From Polyangiales bacterium (lineage in GTDB: Bacteria > Myxococcota_A > Polyangia > Polyangiales > Houyiibacteriaceae): DNA of 64,000 nucleotides. This document shows positions 10,310 through 19,700 of the stretch, in pieces. The translations under genes were made by a program, and so were the position numbers. The stretch spans positions 192,001 through 256,000 of the forward strand of contig JBGCFM010000039.1 in the NCBI GenBank assembly GCA_045106895.1. The letters run 5' to 3'. Every line of letters starts with the position of its first letter. The first letter of the stretch is position 1. The notes below the pieces were generated by a model. The model was not told the origin of the DNA, ran no database searches, and worked only from the letters and a program-made list of their open reading frames with translations.

Positions 10310-10788
10310 CCGCCCGCCTCGCTCTCTGCGTCGGGACCGCCGAAGGAGCGAAACCGCGACGGCTTCACCCCGCAGGCGAGTAGCGCCCGGAGGTACGCCA
10401 TCGAGCGCATGGGCGGACACTTCGTCACCGCCGAAACGAAACGCGCCGGCGGCTGATAGTGATGCGCGTCGATGTAGTGCGCGATGAGCGAAGGAGCCAC
10501 GAAGAGCTCCCCGGTCTCGGAGGGAACGAAGACAATCCGCTCGCCGACGCCAACACGCGATTCGCCAAACGAGACATGCGCGGGGCCGTTTGTGAACTGG
10601 CACAGGTCACACGAGTCAAAACTCGCGAAGACCGCCGGCTGCCAAGGGTCGATCAATAACTCCATGAGCCTGCCAAAGAAAGCCGGCGCCACCGGCCCCG
10701 TTGAGAACACGCTCTGCGGACCGAGCCATCCCATCGCCACGCACGGAAAACCAAACTCCGCCCAAAGAGAACCATCCGCCTGCGTCAT
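10306..10788 (-). CDS. conserved hypothetical protein (CxxC, APxLIxHYIxxHxY)
   Basis: GWL...CDLC...[23 protein letters not shown] overlap with the upstream gene. Confidence 0.75.
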   Translation of the reverse strand: MTQADGSLWAEFGFPCVAMGWLGPQSVFSTGPVAPAFFGRLMELLIDPWQPAVFASFDSCDLCQFTNGPAHVSFGESRVGVGERIVFVPSETGELFVAPSLIAHYIDAHHYQPPARFVSAVTKCPPMRSMAYLRALLACGVKPSRFRSFGGPDAESEAGG

Positions 10789-11108
10789 CCGCGCCCCCCA
10801 TGCCGCGGCGGAGGTTTCCCATCACGGCGAGCGACTCTCGCCCTCTCCCGTCGACGCTCCTGCTGCTCTACGCCGGAAACCACATTCTCGCGTGTCGCGA
10901 GGACGGCAAGCGTCGCCTCGTAGAGCGCGCGCCAACGCGGGTCCTCCTTGAAGCGGATGAGCGCAGGATCGATCTCCGCCAGGTCGCAGACGTCGCTCAA
11001 CGCCAGGCTCTCCTCGCAGCGAAGGAGCCGCTTGCGAAGTCCCATCAGTCGCTTCGTCGGCCAAGACGTGAGCGCGGTGAGGGGAACAGGCTGAACAACA
11101 CGCGGCAC
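10785..11108 (-). CDS. hypothetical protein
   Basis: 107-aa ORF coupled to the next gene; TAGCCT -10 six nt before the GTG. Confidence 0.65.
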   Translation of the reverse strand: MPRVVQPVPLTALTSWPTKRLMGLRKRLLRCEESLALSDVCDLAEIDPALIRFKEDPRWRALYEATLAVLATRENVVSGVEQQERRRERARVARRDGKPPPRHGGRG

Positions 11109-11150
11109 GCGATCAGGCTAGTCAGCTCACTCGCGAACCACAAACGCCCA

Positions 11151-11184
11151 CAAAAACAAAAAGCCCCGGTTTTCACCGGGGCTT
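11151..11184 (-). terminator. rho-independent terminator of the tRNA
   Basis: AAGCCCCGGT-TTTC-ACCGGGGCTT hairpin followed by T-tracts on the minus strand. Confidence 0.85.
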
Positions 11185-11186
11185 CT

Positions 11187-11262
<76 letters not shown>

Positions 11263-11273
11263 TTGCGGCTCCG

Positions 11274-11302
11274 TTTTTGGCTCACTCCTGTGGCCTTGTC
11301 AA
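11274..11302 (-). promoter_or_regulatory. sigma70-like promoter of the tRNA
   Basis: TTGACA (11302-11297), 17-nt spacer, weak -10 CAAAAA. Confidence 0.45.
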
Positions 11303-11654
11303 CGCGGAAGTGCGCGTTTTGTTGAGACTATCCGGCCCTCTGCATTTCCAAGCCACAGCCACGTGATGGACTTGGGACCAATCGCGGCGTGCGACTCGAC
11401 GATCAACGGGCAAAGAACGGCAAAACCACCAAGGTTGGGTCGGCGGGGATACGGTAGTTGAACGGAGCAAGCGACGCTGTTCCCAAAGCTCTTCGCGCGG
11501 TGGGTTAGTCATCCAGTGGCTCAGGCGCGCCTGGTGACGTTTCCAGTCTCGAAGCGGACCTGGAAAGTCGGCGAGGGGAACGGCGCGACGACGGCGTGCA
11601 GCCGGCGCCGAAGGTCTCTCGTCTATGTCGGAGCCGCGCGAGATACGGGCGCTC

Positions 11655-11694
11655 GCGCTCATGCTGCGCTCACTTTGCGCTCATACGGCGCTCA
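11655..11694. repeat. 4 x GCGCTCA direct repeats at an exact 11-bp period
   Basis: Copies start at 11655, 11666, 11677 and 11688. Confidence 0.85.
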
Positions 11695-11895
11695 CTCTTC
11701 AGTTTCTCTAGACTCCGCAGGAGCTCCGGACGTTCAATCCCGACTGTTCTCGCATTACAGAATCGCCGAACGCGAAATGCCGTCGACGTGCGCGGATACG
11801 GGGCCCTCGCCGCAGTGAGTATCCGTGCTTCGTGGGTCGCCACAATTCGCGGTCTGCATACGGGCGAGCTTTTTCATCCACGATAAGGACCCACC

Positions 11896-12540
11896 ATGTC
11901 TCATCTGATTCAAACGCTTTCACTCCCTTTGGCGATTGTTCTCGTCTACGCGTGCGGCGGAGAAGAACCCGCGGAGAGTTCCGAGACGCCCGCAGCGGGC
12001 GAGGCCTCGGAGCAGGCGCCTGCAGCCGCCGAGGAACCTGCGCCTGTCGCCGAGGCTGCGCCTGCCGACGACGGCCCATGCCCAAGTGCGACCACACTGA
12101 CACTGGGTGGTATCGACCGCAGCCCGCACCTGGAAGGCGTCGACGCGGTGCTGACGCCTGCGACTAGCTTTGCCGACGTTACGCTCGGTCAAAGCGCCGA
12201 CCTCGTATTTGCGAGCTACACGATCGAAGCGGATCCCCAGTTCGGCATCTCTGCGCCCACCGGCAACCCCGACGCTCCCGAGGGCGGTCTCATCTTTCAG
12301 GTCAGCATCACCGGAGACGGCGATGCCTTGGCGGCGGGTGAATACCGCAGGGAAGACGGCGAGGCCGGCCGCGTCTCGACTCAGTCGATGTACCGAGGCA
12401 GCAACCGTATCGTGCCAATCGGCGACCACCGCGTTCAAATCACGGAGATGACCGACGACCACGTGTGTGGCGAGATCGTGCCGGAAGAAGGCGCGAACTG
12501 GCCAACCGTCACCGGTCGCTTCCGCATCGATGCCGTCTAA
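11896..12540 (+). CDS. hypothetical lipoprotein
   Basis: Signal ...LVYAC-GGEE, Ala/Glu/Pro linker; AAGGA SD. Confidence 0.8.
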   Translation: MSHLIQTLSLPLAIVLVYACGGEEPAESSETPAAGEASEQAPAAAEEPAPVAEAAPADDGPCPSATTLTLGGIDRSPHLEGVDAVLTPATSFADVTLGQSADLVFASYTIEADPQFGISAPTGNPDAPEGGLIFQVSITGDGDALAAGEYRREDGEAGRVSTQSMYRGSNRIVPIGDHRVQITEMTDDHVCGEIVPEEGANWPTVTGRFRIDAV

Positions 12541-12712
12541 CGTTGGCACCGAGCCCGACGAAAACACGAGCGATGGCACGCAACGTGGGCCGCGGAACAC
12601 TCGCGCAGGCGAAGCGTCGTCGAGTCGAGGTCACGACACATGGGCAGGTCGCACCACGGCGCGGCAGCGAAGGGGTCTGCCCGACGGACTCACATTTTGA
12701 AAAGGTGATGCG

Positions 12713-14239
12713 ATGAAGTGTAGAGGTTATTTCGCGGGGCTCTTCCCACTCGTGCTCGCGCTGTGCTGCGTTGGCTGCGGCGATGATGCGGGCGTCGATG
12801 ATGGGGGCGGCGACTCGGGCAGTGAGGATGCCCCCGTGGACAGCACGCTGGACAGCGGAGACGACGCGGGTGCAGTGGATGTCGGCACGGATGGCGACGT
12901 GAATTCACGCGATGCCGGCGGAGACCCAGACGCGGCAGGTGCCGGTGATGGATCCGTCGGCGATTCGAGCACGGACGTTCCCGAACCATCCGAGGTGCGC
13001 GTGAACATCACGCTCGGCGGCGATGGCGTGGGTGGGACTAACTCCATGGTGCGCTCAGGCGAGAGCCTTGGCTGTGGAGGTGAAGAGGAGGACGGCCCAG
13101 GAGACTGCACTGCCACGTTGATAACGCCAGCGACGCTCGAAGCGGTTCCGCCACCTTGGTCTGAGTTCGCGGGTTGGGTTGGCGGCCCCTGTGATGGTTC
13201 GCTGGAACTCACGTGCGAGCTGGAAGCCGGGGGCGATTTGGAGATCGAGGCGCGCTTTCAGCGAAAAGCAAACTTGGTGTTTGTGACCGAAGAGCGACGC
13301 GACGCCGGATTCGGTGGCGTTCCCACCGCAGACGAGATCTGTGCGAACGCGGCCGACGCTGCCCGCCTGCCGGGAACGTTCGCAGCGTTTCTCGCCACCG
13401 GCGATGAAGACGATGCGTTCGACGCAATCGATAGCGACGGGGGCTGGGTCGACACGCGTGGCAATACCGTCGCGGAGGGCATTGGTGTGCTGCGTGCTGG
13501 AGAAATGAAGCACCCGATTCGCTTCAGCGAGTTTCGCAACGAGCTCACCCGCGGCATGGTCTGGACAGGTGCGGGGACGGCCAGCGCCCCGATGATGAAC
13601 GAGTGCGAAGACTGGACGAGCGGCGAACGCGATGGCGGCTCGGGGACGGGTGGCAACCTGATGAGCACGGGCCATCAATGGCGTTCCGGAACCTCCACGC
13701 TCTGCAGCAGCGAAGGTCATTTCTATTGTTTTGGAACCGAGCTCGATCGAGTTCCGCCATCTGCGCCAGAGCCGATGTATATCGGCTTTCTTTCCAGCCG
13801 CTATACACCCGCCGTCGACTACACCCCGGACGATGCGTGTGCGGACGATGCGAGTGACGCGGGTCTGGAAGGGACCTACCTGGCCCTAATCGCGACCGAA
13901 GGCGTGAGCGCGGCCTCGAAGTTCCCCATGCGTCGAGAGATTGCTCGTCCTGATGGGACGCTCGTAGGTTCGAGGGTCTACTCCGGCGGCAACCTCGCCT
14001 CCCCGCTCAACCAAACGGCGGATGGGACGTATGTTCTCGATGCCGAATTCGTGCTCACGGGCGCTGACCTGCCCACGACTGCACCCGCAGATGCCGCCAC
14101 CACATGCGACGACTGGACTGATCCGATCAACCGAACGAGTCTCGGCTTCGTTGGAGATGTCAACAGGTGGTTCTTCTCCTTTGAGCAGAGCTGTCAGTTC
14201 CGCTCGAGAACTCGCCTCTACTGCCTGCGTTCAGACTGA
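12713..14239 (+). CDS. lipoprotein with two DUF1554/endostatin-like Cys-rich domains
   Basis: VGC-GDD, D/G-rich linker, FAGWVGGPC repeat-like module, two 'D..C...A..A.L.GT(F/Y).A...C.DWT...YC' units. Confidence 0.75.
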   Translation: MKCRGYFAGLFPLVLALCCVGCGDDAGVDDGGGDSGSEDAPVDSTLDSGDDAGAVDVGTDGDVNSRDAGGDPDAAGAGDGSVGDSSTDVPEPSEVRVNITLGGDGVGGTNSMVRSGESLGCGGEEEDGPGDCTATLITPATLEAVPPPWSEFAGWVGGPCDGSLELTCELEAGGDLEIEARFQRKANLVFVTEERRDAGFGGVPTADEICANAADAARLPGTFAAFLATGDEDDAFDAIDSDGGWVDTRGNTVAEGIGVLRAGEMKHPIRFSEFRNELTRGMVWTGAGTASAPMMNECEDWTSGERDGGSGTGGNLMSTGHQWRSGTSTLCSSEGHFYCFGTELDRVPPSAPEPMYIGFLSSRYTPAVDYTPDDACADDASDAGLEGTYLALIATEGVSAASKFPMRREIARPDGTLVGSRVYSGGNLASPLNQTADGTYVLDAEFVLTGADLPTTAPADAATTCDDWTDPINRTSLGFVGDVNRWFFSFEQSCQFRSRTRLYCLRSD

Positions 14240-14328
14240 TCAGCTTCTTCCTCGCCATGGATTTTCCTGGTCACACCGCGATCACTTTGTCCACTCAGCC
14301 TCAGCTCCTACGGCGGAGCCAAGAACCG

Positions 14329-14649
14329 CTAGAAGCCAGCGCCCGGGCGTGCCGAACACAATATGCCGAGAACACGTTTCAGCTCACTGAGCGTCGTGCC
14401 GAGGTTTGCGTAGACTTTCGCAGGCTTGTCGAGGGGATACCCTGTGAGGTTGCCGAGCACGGACGTCGCAGCACGCTTCATCTCCGGCCCGTCCTCCTCC
14501 TGCAGCCAGGCTTGGGCGAGGGCTGCCAGTTCCTCCGGCTCAAACCCAAGGAGCGTCGCGACCTCTGGCTCCGGAAAGACAGACCCGCGCCCCACGACCT
14601 CAAGACACAGAGCGATGAGTTCGCGGTCATTTCGTTCGATACCCTGCAT
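14329..14649 (-). CDS. hypothetical protein
   Basis: About 106-aa ORF (FPEPEVATLLG...NLTGYP); TAACGT -10 upstream. Confidence 0.65.
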   Translation of the reverse strand: MQGIERNDRELIALCLEVVGRGSVFPEPEVATLLGFEPEELAALAQAWLQEEDGPEMKRAATSVLGNLTGYPLDKPAKVYANLGTTLSELKRVLGILCSARPGAGF

Positions 14650-14705
14650 CATCCCGACGTTACAACATCAGAGGTATCGCGTGCGCCGCTTTGAGCACGC
14701 CGCTC

Positions 14706-15272
14706 CTACCAGCCGCCGGTCCCAGGCTCGCCCTTGAAGGGACCTGCCAGCTCTGAAGTCACCCAGCCGCCATAGAACCCGCCGGGCTGAGGGCGCGCGC
14801 GTTCTCCGTCGACAAAGCACTCAAGTCGGGACGCGTAGAATGCGATGTGCCCCGCGAGGTCGGCGAAGTCGTCGAAGGGTGACTCGTAGGACCACGCGGC
14901 GCCGCCTTCACGTTTGTCGCCTCCCACCACGTCGAAGTACGTCGCGGCGCCTTTCCATTCGCAGCGGGAGCCCAGGCGCGATAGACGCTCGAGGCAAAGC
15001 ATGTCCACGTCGTCGCGCGGCAGGTAGAAGGTCGGCGCGTGGGAGGTCTCAAGCAAACGCAGAGAGCTGCGGGTATCGGCGACGACATGGTCGTGGAGAA
15101 GGACACGAACGCGGCGGGCATCTGGCACAAGCGCCGGCGGCCTCGGGTAGTCCCACACGGACTCTTGCGCCTCGCTCGGCTGCTCCGCGAAGTCGGGCCG
15201 CTTCGTCCCGCGGTTCGTCCATGAACGGCGCGACGCGGCAGCCCAGGCCGGAATGTCCTTGTTCCCCATCAC
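14706..15272 (-). CDS. DUF427 domain protein
   Basis: ESVWDYPRPP, ETSHAPTFYLP, CEWKGAATYF, QPGGFYGGWVT. Confidence 0.9.
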   Translation of the reverse strand: MMGNKDIPAWAAASRRSWTNRGTKRPDFAEQPSEAQESVWDYPRPPALVPDARRVRVLLHDHVVADTRSSLRLLETSHAPTFYLPRDDVDMLCLERLSRLGSRCEWKGAATYFDVVGGDKREGGAAWSYESPFDDFADLAGHIAFYASRLECFVDGERARPQPGGFYGGWVTSELAGPFKGEPGTGGW

Positions 15273-15305
15273 CGGGCTTTGGGGTCAACGTTCGACGGCG
15301 GCAAG

Positions 15306-15728
15306 CTAGACCGCGCCGAGAAGAATCAACAAACCCAAGAGCCCCTGTCCGTCGCGTTCAGAGGCCGATTCCTCACGCTCGATGAGCTTCGACGCGCCGA
15401 CGGAGGCCGCCACCACCCCGGTGAGCACCGCCGTCGCGATGAGGGCACGGCGAACCCGAACTCGGCGGACTTGGCGGCGTCGCTGAACGAGCTCTGGGCT
15501 CGACAGACGTTCGCGCAAGGGCGGGCGCTCGTGATCCACCGCGGCGGCGACGGTGGACGGGGAAAAACGCGACGCTTCCGCGCCGTCGGACGAGTTGGAG
15601 GGTGTTTCCACGGGCATTTCCGCGAGGATCGGAGCTTCCGCCGGAGCGTCCTGCGCGCTGAGAGTACGAGGCGCACAAACGAGCGCGACGGCAGCGAAGA
15701 AGATCAGAAGAGCAAGTGAACGTTTCAT
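15306..15728 (-). CDS. hypothetical exported/membrane protein
   Basis: Signal peptide MKRSLALLIFFAAVALV; two C-terminal hydrophobic segments; AAGGGA SD. Confidence 0.65.
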   Translation of the reverse strand: MKRSLALLIFFAAVALVCAPRTLSAQDAPAEAPILAEMPVETPSNSSDGAEASRFSPSTVAAAVDHERPPLRERLSSPELVQRRRQVRRVRVRRALIATAVLTGVVAASVGASKLIEREESASERDGQGLLGLLILLGAV

Positions 15729-15798
15729 AGGTTTCCCTTTCGCCAAGCACGCTACGAGAAAACCACGAGCTTTCCAGTTACGCCTTTTGAGCACATCA

Positions 15799-15813
15799 AT
15801 CACTGTCAGTTAT
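15799..15813. promoter_or_regulatory. putative LysR box (T-N11-A)
   Basis: ATCACTGTCAGTTAT between the divergent gene and the lysR. Confidence 0.4.
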
Positions 15814-15831
15814 CGTGCTACCCTCGACCTC

Positions 15832-16752
15832 ATGAGCATTCAGCTTCATCGTCTTGAGGGCTTCTACTGGGTCGCCCGCGAGGGGGGATACGCCGCCGCC
15901 GCGCGCGCTTTTCCGTACCCCATCACGCAGCCCGGCGTTCACGCGCAGGTAAGGAAACTCGAAGCTGAGATTGGCGCGGCGCTTTTCGAACGCGTCGCTC
16001 ACGACCGCGTCACTCCCACGAGCGCTGGGGAGGAGCTCTTCGGGTTTTGTGCGCCTTTCTTCGAAGGCCTCGATGCAGCGATCCATCGCGCCGTGCATGC
16101 GAAACAAGTCCTCCGTATCGACGCCGGGCAGCTCGAACTTGCCCACCTCTTGCCGGACTGGATTCACAAACTGCGACGAAGCCACAGCGAAGTCGAAGTC
16201 CAGCTCTTCGAGCGTGAGTCCCCCAACTTCGAGCGGCTACGAACCGGGCAGGTCGACCTAGCCATCGACCACTTCGATGAGGTGCCGCCGGATCTCGACA
16301 GCCGAGTCGTCGCGCATCACACGGTGTTTCTTTTAAGCCCGAGCGCGCCAAAGAACCCGACAAAACGCACCGCGAGCGCTGCCTCAAAACGCGCACGCAA
16401 AGCGTCCCCAGCGAAGGTGGCGGAGATGCTCGCGGCGAACCCCTTCGTGGGTTTCCCCAGCGGCTCACGCGAACGCAGCATTCAGCTCGGCCCGCTGCTG
16501 GCCCTCGGCATGAAGCCTGACATCCGTGCCTCCGCCAGCACCGTCATGGGTATCCTCTCCCTTGTGCGCGCAGGCCTCGGCGTGTCGCTGGTGCCCTGGC
16601 CCACCAAAGCCGGACCGCACCTTGAGGGCGTGACGACACACCGCGTCGACGCCGAAGGGGCGAGCTTTCCGATTCATGCGATCTGGTCCAAGCAGCGCAC
16701 GGACCTCGAGGCCATTCACGCGGCTCTCGCCGCAGGGGGAGTCCGCCCATGA
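15832..16752 (+). CDS. LysR family transcriptional regulator
   Basis: HTH GGYAAAARAFPYPITQPGVHAQVRKLE, GQVDLAI, LVRAGLGVSLVP. Confidence 0.9.
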   Translation: MSIQLHRLEGFYWVAREGGYAAAARAFPYPITQPGVHAQVRKLEAEIGAALFERVAHDRVTPTSAGEELFGFCAPFFEGLDAAIHRAVHAKQVLRIDAGQLELAHLLPDWIHKLRRSHSEVEVQLFERESPNFERLRTGQVDLAIDHFDEVPPDLDSRVVAHHTVFLLSPSAPKNPTKRTASAASKRARKASPAKVAEMLAANPFVGFPSGSRERSIQLGPLLALGMKPDIRASASTVMGILSLVRAGLGVSLVPWPTKAGPHLEGVTTHRVDAEGASFPIHAIWSKQRTDLEAIHAALAAGGVRP

Positions 16753-19700
16753 CCTCCGTTTGCGATGCCAACCCGATCCTGACGACACTCGACGGGCCCG
16801 ACGCCATCCGGCAGCTCAGGGCGCTACGCGAATCGCTCCCTTACGCCACTGGGCTGCGTGAGCTCGCGGCGGCGATGCCGACATCCGTCGCGCAGCTCTC
16901 GAGCGAGCTGGCGTGGGAGCTGAGCCGCCTCGCGCGCGCTCTTTCACTCCACGCACCGAAGAGCCCCGACGACGTCAAAGACCTCCCGCCTCTCGTGCGC
17001 GCTCACTGGCGACAAACCCAGCTCCTATGCGGGGACGACAGCTGGCTCCGCGTGGCAAGCGACCGAGAGCTCTCCGAAGCCGTCGCGAGCTCTACGCTTC
17101 GCGCCCGGAACGCCGCGCCGGTCTTCGACAGACTCGCGCGCGCCGACGACCGACGCCTCCGGCATGTCGTCTTTCGCGACATCGGCGCGTGCGTCGCCAA
17201 CTTGAGCATCTCCCCGGCACAAACGCTGCCCATCCTTGCGCGACTCAGCGAAGACTCCGACGAGACCATTCGCCGCGAGAGCCTCCGCCTCCTCGCCGCG
17301 CCTTGGCTCTTTGCGCTGACGAACGCCGCGGGTCGTCGCCGTGTCCGTGCCCTCGAATCCGCCCTCGAGGCGTCCCTCGAAGACAAGGAAGATGGAGTCT
17401 CCCTAGCGGCTCTCGACGCCCTCGCGGTGCTTGGTGAGCCACGGCTCATCCTGGCTTGTTTCGCCGACGAAGAGGCCTCCACCTCCGTGCGCAGGCGCGC
17501 CCTCGAACACCTCGCCTCCGTCGGCGAAGAAGCACACATCCCGGCGATGCTTCGGCTCGGTCTCGAAGACCCCCTGGCCTACGCTTCCGCCACCTGTGCG
17601 GCTTTGCTGGCGATGCACCGGCGCGGAGTTTTCATCCGCGAGCCCCACCTCGTCCCGCTTCTTGCGCTCTACGACGCCCACGAAGCCTTCACCGGAGAGG
17701 AGCTGGTGCGCGTCAGCTACCTAGTCCGCGCCGAGCTGTTGGCGCTCTTGGCCGAGCTGCCGAGCGACGACACGCGTTGGGCCCAGCGCGCCGATATCCT
17801 CGCGCACTCCTTTGGCACCGGCGCCCACCTGCACATCGCCGAGCTGTTGAAGAACGTCGCGCTGTCGGAGCGCGCTGTGCCGCGCGTCGTCGCCGCGCTC
17901 TTGCACGCCGCTGCAGCCTCCGCGGAGTTCAGCGAATGCGAGCTCGCGCTTCCCTTCTACGACGCGATGCCCGAGCGCGTGCTGACGCTCCTCCGTGCCA
18001 AAGGCGACCGCTCCCATGCCCCCATGCTCCTCGCTGACGCTTGCCACCCCGGCTGCCCTGCGCTTCTGCGCCGCTCCCTCATCGATGTCCTCTGGACCCT
18101 CTCCGACGAGCGTGACGCAACATTGCACGCCCTCGCAGCCGAACTCGGCCCCTATCAAAGCGGACTGCTGAAACGAGCCAAAGCTCATCAAGATCGTCGC
18201 GTCGCGAAACTCGTCGCCGAAGCTCCTTGGCCCGAGAGCTCCGAGCGCCACAGCGAGTCACTCGACGCCTCCGGCCGCCTGAAGATCTACGCCGAGAGCG
18301 GCGACTTGCGCCGGCGCGAAGAGCTCGTCGCTCAGTTCCGGCTGGCCTACCGCCAATGCCTGGCCAAGGCGCTCTCGGGAGATTTTTCCGCGAAACGCAT
18401 CGAGCTCCCGCAGCTCGAACAACAGCTCTTCGTCTACGGACGTCACCTCGTAAGCGACGGCCGACGCGTTCGCCCTTGGCATCACGCATCCCCAGAGACA
18501 GGGCGCGATTTCGTCTTGCAGGTCCTGTGTGAATGGCTCCGTGAAACGCCCGACGACTCCGTCACCGTCGCGCTCCTCGAGAGCATCGGCAGACAAGCCC
18601 CAAGCGGCGCGGTGCTCCGCGAGATCGAAGTATTCTGGCGTCATCGAAACCCCGGAGTGCAGCGCGCGGCTCTTGAAGCCATCCTCGCGTCACCAAGCGA
18701 TGAGCACGGCCTCGAGCTGTCCATCAGCCAGCTCAGCGCAAAGGCCACGGACACTCGGGTTCTCGTCCAGGCGCTCCGTGGCATGGCGGCGCTCGGCGCG
18801 AACTGGGCCGCGCCGCTGGCGGCCCGCTGCCTCGAACACCCGAACATGTCCGTCAAAAAGGAAGCCGCCGAGGCCCTCGCCGCCCTGGACGTTGGAGTGC
18901 ACGCGGAATCCATCAGCCGGCAGCTGGTGGCCTGGCTCGGCCGACACGACAACTCCGGCTTTCGCAGCGTGCTCAAACGCGCGCTTCAACGCTGCGCCGG
19001 AGAGATGCAGGTCGCGTGGCTGGTCTTCGCCGCCGAAGAGAGCGACGACCCACGCACGCTCACGTTGCTGTGTGATGCGCTCAGCGGACTGCTGAGCAAG
19101 GAGACTCTTGTCCGCTTCGCCCGCGAAGAACGTCTGCCGGAACTCATCGACGCCTGCGTCCAAGGAGACACGCGGGTCGTGGACGCGAGCAAGTCCGAAG
19201 TCGCCGCGCTGCTTCATCGTGCATTCCCCGACGCGGGCCACGTGGACCCAAACGAGAGCGCCGTCTACAGACTCGAAGTCCACGGGTTCTCCGACGCCGA
19301 CGCGAGGGCAGCGCTCGAAGAGCGAGCCCGTGGCGACGAGGGAGCGGACGCGGCACTGCAGAAGCTCGCGGGCAACAACCTCGCCCAGTGGCTCCGGTGG
19401 CAAAACCAGCTCCAGAGTGACGTAAAGTCGGGACTCGCCGCCTCGCGCTGCGCCGCGCTCATCCTCGCTTCATCGAAGAGCGCGGAGGGTCCGCACCAAT
19501 CTACGCTCTTCGATGTCGCGGAAAACCTCGGAGCGGCACTCAACGTGACGACAGGCGATGAAGCACGCCGATGGGGCGAGGCGCTCTTCACGTTCATCAC
19601 GCGGTGCACGTCTATCAAGGAGGAGCGCACCCGCGTCCTACGTTTGCTTCGTCGCCTCGGCGAAGAAGCGCCCGTCTCCGGCGCACAACGTTTTCGGCTT

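Noticed and set aside
11282..11662. 126-aa minus-strand ORF
   Set aside because: Arg/Trp-rich with no recognisable motif, and it runs over the tRNA promoter; not supported as a CDS.
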